A stretch of 64,000 nucleotides of DNA from an uncultured Collinsella sp. GTDB lineage: Bacteria; Actinomycetota; Coriobacteriia; Coriobacteriales; Coriobacteriaceae. Positions 48,462 to 57,336 of this stretch are shown in pieces (the stretch's first letter is position 1; the number at the start of each line of letters is the position of its first letter). A model generated the notes under the pieces. That model was not told where the DNA came from. It did not search any database and worked only from the letters and a program-made list of their open reading frames with translations. A program made the translations under genes and the position numbers. The DNA lies in NCBI GenBank assembly GCA_902470765.1, contig CABRHW010000009.1:259-64258 (forward strand). The letters are read 5' to 3'.

Positions 48462-49892
48462 ATGGCATCGAAGAACCTTTTGCCCGTCGTCGCACTCTGC
48501 GGCGCGCTCGCAACCGGAACGCCTGTCGCCGCTTGGGCGACTCCCGTCATGGCAGACTCCTTACCAGCAGTCCTAAGTTCCGCACCAAATCCGTCGAGCG
48601 CCATTGCGTGCAAGCGTTTTTCGATCGCACAGGCCGCGATCTCAACCTCGGGATGCCTTCGTCGTAATACGGACGGCTCGATAGTCGTGGATATCAATCG
48701 TTCGAACAAGGCAAACGGCTCCCAGGCGGGGTGCGCCGTCTGCACGTGGCGCTCGGTTATGCTCGATGCAGATGGCGATCCATGCAATTTAGAACTGCGC
48801 ATCGACATCGCTTCGGTCGATGACTCGGCGAACGGAGCGAAGGTCGCCTTCGACGGTACGTTTTTTGAGAAAGGAGGCGGTATATGTCTGGGCTGCGCCG
48901 CCGCGAATGCAGACGAAACGCAGCCCACACTCTCATTCACGGCATCGTTGCGGCTGACCAAAGCCGGCACCGATGCCATCGCGGCGGGAGAAGCGTCCCT
49001 GCTGTTCTACGCCGTCAGCACCAAAGACACAGACGCTCATTTCGAGAAGCCAGCCGGATCACTCAGCCTTACACGAGGGATAGAGGCAGGCCCTATTGAA
49101 ATCGATGCCCACGCGCAAAGCAGGCAACGCATTCTTGCCGACCCGGCGCTTCTCGAAATGGAGTGGAACGGATCCGGAGCCATCGGAATTCTTCCTTCCG
49201 CGCTTGACGCCAAGACGCTCCCCTCAAACGACGAACCCATCAACGCAACCATACAAGAAGAGAGCGCGGACAAAGAAGCAGGTGCGGGCGACACGCCGTC
49301 GCCGACAAACAGCGTCCCAGCTTCTTTCGAAGCACCGAATGGGCCCGCTACCGATTCAAACGATCCCGAGCTCGCAGACAGTCCGGGGCTTGCTGATCCT
49401 CAAGAGATCGATGAAGGTAACTGCTGCGTGCTTGCCGCGCTCGACCACACAGAGGTCATCGACGCTGCGAACATCGAAGTTGCCGCCGCCAATCAGCCCG
49501 TCCGCAAGTCGGCCATCATCGCATTTCCTGAATCCATCGAAGTCGTCTTTTTGCCATCGGGCGAGGTCGTGGCCCCAACACTGCTCACCTTGTTGGGCGC
49601 CAAGAATACTAGAAACGAAATTAAAAAGGTCACGGTTGTCGACCCTGCAACGACCGCCAAGCTGCGTCTATACGCCGTTGCTCCAGACGGAGGCAAGACC
49701 TTGGAATTCGATGGCGACACACTCCTAGCCTGGCGACGTCTGGACATTATGCAAGACGTCTCGTATCAGATCGAACTCGAAGGGTTTGATCGTGCCCGCG
49801 ATGCCAATATCATCGCCGCGGCTATTGAATTCCCGCAGCGGCTTATGACACTGCGCTTTGAATACTATCCCTATGTCCCGACAACCACCTGA
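48462..49892 (+). CDS. Large secreted hypothetical protein
   Basis: AAGGAG RBS; signal peptide ending AAWA; acidic Pro-rich linker between two domains. Confidence 0.7.
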   Translation: MASKNLLPVVALCGALATGTPVAAWATPVMADSLPAVLSSAPNPSSAIACKRFSIAQAAISTSGCLRRNTDGSIVVDINRSNKANGSQAGCAVCTWRSVMLDADGDPCNLELRIDIASVDDSANGAKVAFDGTFFEKGGGICLGCAAANADETQPTLSFTASLRLTKAGTDAIAAGEASLLFYAVSTKDTDAHFEKPAGSLSLTRGIEAGPIEIDAHAQSRQRILADPALLEMEWNGSGAIGILPSALDAKTLPSNDEPINATIQEESADKEAGAGDTPSPTNSVPASFEAPNGPATDSNDPELADSPGLADPQEIDEGNCCVLAALDHTEVIDAANIEVAAANQPVRKSAIIAFPESIEVVFLPSGEVVAPTLLTLLGAKNTRNEIKKVTVVDPATTAKLRLYAVAPDGGKTLEFDGDTLLAWRRLDIMQDVSYQIELEGFDRARDANIIAAAIEFPQRLMTLRFEYYPYVPTTT

Positions 49893-50010
49893 GGCTTAAA
49901 TGCTGCGCACCATCCCTAATACCACTTATATAACGTATTAGATGAGTCGCGATGTGCCTCGCATTTCGTTCTGCTACGATTGCCACGTTGGCATCAATAC
50001 AGGAGGGCTC

Positions 50011-50727
50011 ATGCCGGGCTTGGGAACAATCATCAACGTTGTGCTTTTAGTTGCGGGCGGTCTTTTGGGATTAGTGGGCGGCCGCTTCATTACACCGCGC
50101 ATCCAAGACACGCTCATGAAAGCATCGGGGCTGTGCGTCCTGTTTATCGGCCTGGGCGGCACCATGCAAAAGATGCTCATCATCGATGGGAAGGCACTGG
50201 CGACCACTGGTACCACCATGCTCATTGTCTCGTTCGCCCTCGGCTCGCTCATCGGCGAGGCCATCAACTTGGAGGCCGCCATTGAAAACCTTGGCGAATG
50301 GCTCAAGCGCAAAACCGGCAGCGAGGGCGATAACGAGTTCACCAACGCTTTTGTCTCGACTTCACTCACCGTGTGTATCGGCGCCATGGCCATTGTGGGA
50401 TCGATCCAGGACGGCCTGCTCGGCGACTGGTCCACGCTTGCCCTCAAGGGCGCGCTGGACTGCATCATCGTCTGCACCATGACGGCGTCGCTTGGCCGCG
50501 GCTGCATTTTCTCCGCCCTGCCCGTCGCCGTGTTCCAGGGGACGATCACGCTGTTTGCCGGCGCACTCTCCCCCATCATGACTACGGCAGCCCTCGACAG
50601 CCTTTCGCTCGTAGGCTCCATGCTCATCTTCTGCGTCGGCGTCAACCTCATCCGTCCTCAGACCTTCCGCACGGCCAATATGCTCCCCTCCGTCGTCATC
50701 GCCGTCATCTACGCCCTCCTGTTCTAA
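50011..50727 (+). CDS. DUF554 (YdfK-like) membrane protein
   Basis: GTIINV, CIGAMAIVGSIQDGL, ANMLP. Confidence 0.88.
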   Translation: MPGLGTIINVVLLVAGGLLGLVGGRFITPRIQDTLMKASGLCVLFIGLGGTMQKMLIIDGKALATTGTTMLIVSFALGSLIGEAINLEAAIENLGEWLKRKTGSEGDNEFTNAFVSTSLTVCIGAMAIVGSIQDGLLGDWSTLALKGALDCIIVCTMTASLGRGCIFSALPVAVFQGTITLFAGALSPIMTTAALDSLSLVGSMLIFCVGVNLIRPQTFRTANMLPSVVIAVIYALLF

Positions 50728-50748
50728 ATCTATCTACGCAGCAGCATC

Positions 50749-50778
50749 TCGAACACCTGTTTGATGCTGTGCTATGAT
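50749..50778 (+). promoter_or_regulatory. LexA (SOS) box-like site overlapping an extended -10 promoter
   Basis: TCGAAC-ACCT-GTTTGA (50749-50764), one mismatch to TCGAAC-N4-GTTCGA; TGcTATGAT at 50770-50778. Confidence 0.7.
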
Positions 50779-50815
50779 ATGAGGTCACCGAAGCTGCGTT
50801 AGGAGAGGAGAGACG

Positions 50816-52576
50816 GTGGCCGACCAGGACATCAAGATGCTCATCGAGCGCATTATGGCCGAGGCCCGGACCCATCAGTCTGCTCGCTTCTCAAACGAAG
50901 TCTATGCTGACGAGCCGATTCTCAAAACCGGTCGTCAGATGCAGAATTTCCTTCCCGACCAGTACCGCAAGATGCGCGAGATATCGCGCTGGCAGGATGA
51001 CCCCAAAGGCGGCGCAGGTCGCTGGCTTTCGGAAGCCGAGCTTTTCTACCGCCAGGGCCTGCTGATGGCCGACTTTGAGGACGACTGTCCCTACAACGGC
51101 ACCTTTAAGTCGTACTTTCCCACCTACAACGCCATGAGCGACCGGCAGTTGCGCGGCTACTTTACCTGGCGTGCCCAAGTGCGCCGCGGAACCGTCGGGG
51201 AAACGTCTACGTCCTTTGCCTTTCTGTATCTCTATGAGCTGATTTGCGGCATTGGCGTAGATGACCCGCTCGATGGTTTTAACAAGATCAAGGCTTTTTG
51301 GGATGTCTATCGCGCCTTCGAGCCCGGCCTAGACCGATTTGCACGCGTGTGGCTGCAGGATTACGCCGTGTTCCACGGGCTCGACCCCAAGCTGCTTCGT
51401 GACTCTAAAACCGTCATGTTCGATAACGCCCTTATCGAGCTGCGGCGCGCGGCACGAGACCTTGTACCAGCACCGGCACCGTCCGGCCAGACCCCTAAGC
51501 GTCGCAAAACCTCCGAACCCACGCTCCCCCTTCCGCCCGATGAGGTGCGCGAGGAGCGACTCATGGCCGCCATCAACGCCCTCTCCACGTACAACCTAAG
51601 TAACTCGCGGCTCGACCGCAGCCACCACCGCGATCTGCGCCACGTGGCGTGCGCCGTGTATGTCCGTATGGCGCGCTACTATGACACGCACCGAAAGACC
51701 GGCATCGTGGCGAGCTTATTTGGGGAGGAGACGGCCATGCCCTACACCATGTTTGCCTCGGCCGTATTCTTTGCGCCCGAGCGCCACGAGGACTGCGAAT
51801 ACCGCCTGGATCCCATCCATATCTACCGTTGCCAAAACGGCTTTTGGGAATGTATGCGTATCCACGGTAGTAGGCAAAAGAGCAGCAAGCTCGGTGAAAT
51901 GATGCGCGCCTGCGACCAACGCCTGCGCCTGGCGCTGGACCCCGCCCATCCCCTTAAGGAAGAAAAGGTCCCCAAATATCTGGCCAAGATTATCGATGAC
52001 GAGATTGTGGCATGGCTTTCATGGGATGCCGCACACCAGCCCGTCAAGATCGATATCGATCTGAGTCAGCTGGGGCACATTCGGAGCGCCGCTGCGCAAA
52101 CGCGCGAAGCGCTTTTAATCGACGAAGAGCGCGAGGACAGCGCGCCTGTGGAAGTCGAGGCAGCGGACTCAGGGCAACCGGAAGCCGAGCCCGTAGCCGA
52201 CGCGATTGTCGAGGCGGTCGCGGCACCCATTCGGCAGGACGAGACCGACGAGCCAACCATATCCACCGAACAGTTTGGTGTCGTGGCACCGCTTCTCGCG
52301 CCGACGCCCGCGTTCGCAGCTGTTGCGCCCGCTGACGCCACGAACGAACTCACGCCTGCCGCAGACGCCTATCTCCGCGCGCTGCTCGAGCACAACGCAG
52401 TACAGGCGGAATCGGCGGTAGTGCAATCGGGGCAGAGCGAGGACATGCTCGTCGACAGCATCAACGAGGCGCTCTTTGACCTGGTGGGAGACACCGTTAT
52501 CGAATTCGGCGCGGCAGGACCGCAAATTATCGAGGATTACGAAGCAGACGTGAGAGGATACCTAGACCATGAGTGA
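50816..52576 (+). CDS. TerB N-terminal / TerB-C domain protein
   Basis: YFPTYNAMSDRQLRGYFTWR, FLYLYELI; C-terminal VDSINEALFDLVGDTVIE...IIEDY. Confidence 0.85.
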   Translation: MADQDIKMLIERIMAEARTHQSARFSNEVYADEPILKTGRQMQNFLPDQYRKMREISRWQDDPKGGAGRWLSEAELFYRQGLLMADFEDDCPYNGTFKSYFPTYNAMSDRQLRGYFTWRAQVRRGTVGETSTSFAFLYLYELICGIGVDDPLDGFNKIKAFWDVYRAFEPGLDRFARVWLQDYAVFHGLDPKLLRDSKTVMFDNALIELRRAARDLVPAPAPSGQTPKRRKTSEPTLPLPPDEVREERLMAAINALSTYNLSNSRLDRSHHRDLRHVACAVYVRMARYYDTHRKTGIVASLFGEETAMPYTMFASAVFFAPERHEDCEYRLDPIHIYRCQNGFWECMRIHGSRQKSSKLGEMMRACDQRLRLALDPAHPLKEEKVPKYLAKIIDDEIVAWLSWDAAHQPVKIDIDLSQLGHIRSAAAQTREALLIDEEREDSAPVEVEAADSGQPEAEPVADAIVEAVAAPIRQDETDEPTISTEQFGVVAPLLAPTPAFAAVAPADATNELTPAADAYLRALLEHNAVQAESAVVQSGQSEDMLVDSINEALFDLVGDTVIEFGAAGPQIIEDYEADVRGYLDHE

Positions 52577-53873
52577 TACCGCATCCGCAGCACCCCGCGT
52601 GCCCAAGCGCGTCGCCGCCGTCATTCTCAACTCACTCAAGGGCGGCGTGGTCCCGCGCATCGGCCTTCCCTACATCACCGTAGGGCGCGAGGTCGAGATC
52701 CGCGCCCTGCTCACCGATCTGAGTCTCATCGCCGACGGTGGCGCGAGCTTCCGCTTTCTGGTCGGTCGTTACGGCGCCGGCAAGAGCTTTTTGCTCCAGA
52801 CCATCCGCACGCACGCCATGGGCGAGGGATTCGTCGTCGCTGATACCGACCTGTCGCCCGAGCGCCGCCTGCAAGGCGGTCAGGGGCAGGGCCTTGCCAC
52901 CTACCGCGAGCTCATCCGCAACATATCGACCAAGACGCGCCCCGAGGGCGGTGCGCTCAACCTTATTCTGGATCGCTGGGTCGCCTCGTGTGCCGACGTC
53001 GACGAGTCGGTCGTCAATACCCAACTGGCCCCGCTCGAGGAGATGGTCCACGGCTTCGACTTTGCCCGCATGCTCCGCCGCTATCGCACGGCCGTATCCG
53101 AGGGCGACGAAGAGGCCATGAGCCGCGTGACCAAATGGATCCGCGGCGAATACCGCACCAAGAGCGAGGCTCGCGCCGAACTGGGCTCCTCGACCATCAT
53201 CAGCGATGACGACTGGTACGACTACGTTAAGCTCATTGCACGCTTTTTGGTCTGCAGCGGATACAAGGGCATGCTGGTGCTCATCGACGAACTCGTGAAT
53301 CTGTACAAGATTCCCAACGCGATCACGCGCCAATACAACTACGAGAAGATCCTGACTATGTACAACGACACGCTCCAGGGCAAGGCGCAGTACCTGGGCA
53401 TGATCATGGGCGGCACTCCAACCTCCATCGAAGACCGCCGCCGCGGCGTGTTCTCCTACGAGGCTCTGCGCAGCCGACTCGCTCAGGGTCGCTTTGCGCG
53501 CGAGGACCTTAAGGACATGCTCGCGCCCATCATCCGTCTGCAGCCACTCACCTACGAGGAGTTGCTGGTGCTGATCGAAAAACTCATGCAAATTCACGCC
53601 GGTTACTTTGGCTGGACGCCCACACTTACCGAGAACGACTTGGTGGACTTCCTCAAGATCGAGTTCGGTCGCGTGGGAGCCGACACACATCTGACGCCGC
53701 GTGAAGTCATTCGTGACTTTATCGAGCTGCTCGACATCCTATGCCAAAACCCCGACGCCAACGTGGCCGAGTTACTGCAAAGCGTCGGCGGCGACGCGCT
53801 GGCGCCGGCAACCGCAACAGGCGACACCGATGCCGCAGGCGGCGACCGCAACTTCGCCGAATTCACCATCTAA
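52569..53873 (+). CDS. BrxD-like (DUF2791) P-loop ATPase
   Basis: SLKGGVVPRIG, GRYGAGKSF, LIDE, YEALRSRL, TPREVIRDFI. Confidence 0.88.
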   Translation: MSDTASAAPRVPKRVAAVILNSLKGGVVPRIGLPYITVGREVEIRALLTDLSLIADGGASFRFLVGRYGAGKSFLLQTIRTHAMGEGFVVADTDLSPERRLQGGQGQGLATYRELIRNISTKTRPEGGALNLILDRWVASCADVDESVVNTQLAPLEEMVHGFDFARMLRRYRTAVSEGDEEAMSRVTKWIRGEYRTKSEARAELGSSTIISDDDWYDYVKLIARFLVCSGYKGMLVLIDELVNLYKIPNAITRQYNYEKILTMYNDTLQGKAQYLGMIMGGTPTSIEDRRRGVFSYEALRSRLAQGRFAREDLKDMLAPIIRLQPLTYEELLVLIEKLMQIHAGYFGWTPTLTENDLVDFLKIEFGRVGADTHLTPREVIRDFIELLDILCQNPDANVAELLQSVGGDALAPATATGDTDAAGGDRNFAEFTI

Positions 53874-53989
53874 CCTGCCAAAAAGGGACAGGTTTATTTT
53901 GGCAGGTTTTATCTGGGCAAACGTCGAGGCAGTAATGCAGCAAGCCACTGCCCACCGCGTTGAGAGGTTCGTATATGAGAGGAGGCCCC

Positions 53990-56431
53990 GTGAACGCCTT
54001 TGACCGCTACGCCCCGTTTATCCAAGACTTCATCTACTCCCACGATTGGGAGAGTCTGCGCTCTATCCAGGTTGCAGCGGCAGACGCCATCTTTAATACG
54101 CAGGACAATGTGCTCCTGACGGCATCCACGGCTTCCGGCAAAACCGAGGCAGCCTTCTTTCCCATCCTGACCGAGTTTTGGGAGAACCCGCCCGCAAGCG
54201 TTGGCGCCCTCTATATCGGCCCCCTCAAGGCACTCATCAATGATCAGTTCGTCCGCCTCAACGACCTATGCGAAGAGGCCGATATCCCTGTCTGGCACTG
54301 GCATGGCGATGTCTCGCAGTCACACAAGGCCAAACTCATCAAAAAGCCGAGCGGCATCCTTCAGATTACGCCCGAATCGCTCGAGGCGCTCCTGATCCAT
54401 AAGCACATGGCGATCCCGCGCATGTTTTGCGACCTGCGCTACGTCGTCATCGACGAGGTTCATTCGCTCATGCGCGGCGACCGCGGCGGTCAGACGCTCT
54501 GCCTTATCGAGCGCCTCTCGCGCATGGCGGGCGTGCAGCCCCGCCGCATTGGCCTTTCGGCCACCATCGGCGACCCCGAGCGCACGGGTGCCTTTCTCTC
54601 GCAGGGAACGGGACGCGACTGCGTTATCCCCCGCTTTGAGGAACCGCGCCGCGTGTGGCGCATCTCCATGGAGCACTTCTACAACTCGGGTCCCCAGGCA
54701 CAGCAGCGGGGATTCGAGAGCACGGGTCCTCAAGAGGCCGAAGTGCTTGCGTGCGAGCGCATCGAGGCGGCATCCGCGGCACTGCCCGCCGGCGCCCAAG
54801 ACATGCGTCACAGCGGACAGCTTACACAGGAGGAACGCCGTCAACGTCGCAAGCAGGCGCAGGGCAAGGCCGCTCCCAAAGACCGTCGCACTTCCTCGGC
54901 CCCCGAGGGCGAAGTCGACATCCCACGAGCGACCGAGCAGGCGCTTCTCAACCCCACCGACACGGCACCCGACAACGCCGACCCCGGTATGGGCTATATC
55001 TTTGAGCATACGCGCGGCCGCAAGTGCCTGGTCTTTGCCAACTCGCGCGAGGAGGCAGAGGCCGTGTGTTCCATGCTGCGCAGCTACTGCGAAAGTCGAC
55101 ACGAGCCCGACCGCTTTCTAATCCATCACGGCAACCTTTCGGCATCGCTGCGCGAGACGGCCGAGGAGCTCATGCGCGACGAGGAGCAGGCACAGACAAC
55201 CGTCACCACCTCTACGCTGGAGCTCGGTATCGATATCGGCCGCCTGGAGCGCGCCTTCCAGATTGACGCGCCGTTTACCGTCAGCTCCTTTTTGCAGCGA
55301 ATGGGGCGCACGGGACGCCGCGATCTTCCGCCCGAGATGTGGTTTGTCATGCGCGAGGAAGAACCCGAGCCGCGCACGATGATGCCCGAGACCATTCCGT
55401 GGAAGCTCCTGCAGGGCATCGCGCTCGTACAACTCTATCGCGAAGAAAAGTGGGTCGAGCCACCCGAACTCGATCGACTCCCCTACAGCTTGCTCTATCA
55501 CCAGACTATGTCGACCCTCGCCAGCACCGGCGAGCTCACGCCGGCCGAACTTGCCCAGCGCGTGCTCACACTGAGCTATTTCCACCGCGTCTCGGCCGAT
55601 GACTATCGCGTACTGCTGCGCCACCTCATCAAGATCGATCATATCCAGGTCACCGAGGGCGGCGGGCTCATCGTGGGTCTCGCGGGCGAGCGCATCATTA
55701 ACAACTTTAAGTTCTACGCTGTGTTCCAGGAAAACGAGGAGTTCACCGTTCGCAGCGAGTCGGCCGAGTTGGGCACGATCGTCAATCCGCCACCGCCCGG
55801 TGAGCGCATCGCCATAGCCGGGCACTGCTGGATAGTCGAGGAAGTGGACTGGAAGCGTCATACCGTCTTTGCCACGCAGGTCAAGGGCCGCGTGCCGGCC
55901 TACTTTGGCGATTGCCCCGGTGACATCAACACACATGTACTCGAGCGTATGCGCAAGGCGCTCAACGAGCACGCGGCATATCCGTACCTCATGGGCAACG
56001 CACGGGCACGCCTTGCACAGGCTCGTCATACCGCCGAGATTTCGGGTGCGGGGACCAAACCGCTCATTAACCTGGGTGGCGACACCTGGGTGCTCTTCCC
56101 CTGGTTGGGCAGCTACGCCTTTCTGGCGCTCGAACGTATGCTCAAGATTAAGTGTGCCGCGGAGCTGGGCCTTCGAGGGCTCGATCCGTCGCGTCCATAC
56201 TTTATGCAGTTTAAGATGAAGGCCGACGAGGAGACGTTCTTTGAGGTGCTCGCAGCCGAGGCCGAAAAGGACTTCGACCCCATCGAGCTCGTCTATCCCG
56301 GCGAGGTACCTTATTTTGATCGCTACGACGAGTACGTTCCCGAGGAGCTCGTGCGCAAAGGCTTTGCCGAAGGCGTGCTCGACATCGAAGGCATGAAGCA
56401 GCGCGTTCTCGGCTGGCGCGACCACACCTAA
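53990..56431 (+). CDS. Lhr-like DEAD/DEAH SF2 helicase
   Basis: TASGKTEAAF, PLKALINDQ, TPESLE, DEVH, LSAT, TSTLELGIDIG, QRMGRTGRR. Confidence 0.92.
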   Translation: MNAFDRYAPFIQDFIYSHDWESLRSIQVAAADAIFNTQDNVLLTASTASGKTEAAFFPILTEFWENPPASVGALYIGPLKALINDQFVRLNDLCEEADIPVWHWHGDVSQSHKAKLIKKPSGILQITPESLEALLIHKHMAIPRMFCDLRYVVIDEVHSLMRGDRGGQTLCLIERLSRMAGVQPRRIGLSATIGDPERTGAFLSQGTGRDCVIPRFEEPRRVWRISMEHFYNSGPQAQQRGFESTGPQEAEVLACERIEAASAALPAGAQDMRHSGQLTQEERRQRRKQAQGKAAPKDRRTSSAPEGEVDIPRATEQALLNPTDTAPDNADPGMGYIFEHTRGRKCLVFANSREEAEAVCSMLRSYCESRHEPDRFLIHHGNLSASLRETAEELMRDEEQAQTTVTTSTLELGIDIGRLERAFQIDAPFTVSSFLQRMGRTGRRDLPPEMWFVMREEEPEPRTMMPETIPWKLLQGIALVQLYREEKWVEPPELDRLPYSLLYHQTMSTLASTGELTPAELAQRVLTLSYFHRVSADDYRVLLRHLIKIDHIQVTEGGGLIVGLAGERIINNFKFYAVFQENEEFTVRSESAELGTIVNPPPPGERIAIAGHCWIVEEVDWKRHTVFATQVKGRVPAYFGDCPGDINTHVLERMRKALNEHAAYPYLMGNARARLAQARHTAEISGAGTKPLINLGGDTWVLFPWLGSYAFLALERMLKIKCAAELGLRGLDPSRPYFMQFKMKADEETFFEVLAAEAEKDFDPIELVYPGEVPYFDRYDEYVPEELVRKGFAEGVLDIEGMKQRVLGWRDHT

Positions 56432-56457
56432 GACCAGTCTTTTTGGGACGGGGAGAC

Positions 56458-57336
56458 TTATTTGTCGTGAAGGACGGTGCCGAGGAAGTCGGTGTCGAAG
56501 GGCACGGCTTCGGCAAAGGCATAGTCGCCGTCGCTGGCGATGAGCAGGTAGTTCTCCTCGCCGCCGAACTTCGCATCGCCGCACGGGACCACCCAGGCAT
56601 GGGCGAATACCTCGAGTGCCGTGGCAGCGCAGTCGCGCAGGAACGTCACGTCGCTCCCCTCGTTTGCGCTCACGATATTGGCGACGTAGACACCACCAAC
56701 ATTTAGGCTGCCCCGCACTAAACGCAACGCCTCAACCGTCGCCAACTCGCGTACGGGCTCGGCACCGCCAAAGCAATCGCTCACGACCGCGTCATAGCAA
56801 CGATGGCCCACGCTCGTCACACCCAGATACGAGCGAGCCTCAGCGGTTATCACCCGCAGGCGATCGCCCGCCGCGCGTTCCAGCTCGTCTAGGTAGAACC
56901 AGCGGCGCGCCAGGCGCGTAATCTCTCCGTCATACTCGATGACGTCCATGCGCAAGCCCTCGTGCGACATCAGGGCGAATTTAGGATAGGCAAACCCGCC
57001 GCCGCCCAGCATAAGCATGCGGTCGATACCGTGACCATAAGCGTCGCGCATCGCATCCTCGGCCTCAAACACGTCGTCAAACGCGCGATAGTACGCAAAG
57101 ACGGGCTCCGCCCAGCGCTCGCCAACGTAACTCGCGCTTTGGTAGACGCCGCCTTGCACCAATACGCGGACTTCGTCGCCGCCCTCATCGTGCACGCGTT
57201 TCACACGCGCCAACCCATTGCGGGTTCGCGCAACCTGCAGACAGGCAGCACGAACAGCGACAGCGGCCGCACCAAGCGCCGCGGCTCCCAGAGCAACGCC
57301 GGCAACGACGCCGGCAGAAACACTCGGCTTGTTCAT
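56458..57336 (-). CDS. Spermidine-synthase-like SAM-dependent transferase with N-terminal membrane anchor
   Basis: LMLGGGGFAYPK, VIEYD, YDAVVSDCF, GGVYVAN. Confidence 0.8.
   Translation of the reverse strand: MNKPSVSAGVVAGVALGAAALGAAAVAVRAACLQVARTRNGLARVKRVHDEGGDEVRVLVQGGVYQSASYVGERWAEPVFAYYRAFDDVFEAEDAMRDAYGHGIDRMLMLGGGGFAYPKFALMSHEGLRMDVIEYDGEITRLARRWFYLDELERAAGDRLRVITAEARSYLGVTSVGHRCYDAVVSDCFGGAEPVRELATVEALRLVRGSLNVGGVYVANIVSANEGSDVTFLRDCAATALEVFAHAWVVPCGDAKFGGEENYLLIASDGDYAFAEAVPFDTDFLGTVLHDK

Noticed and set aside
50816..56431. Complete BREX system or tellurite-resistance operon
   Set aside because: No pglX/pglZ/brxC and no terACDZ genes in the window.
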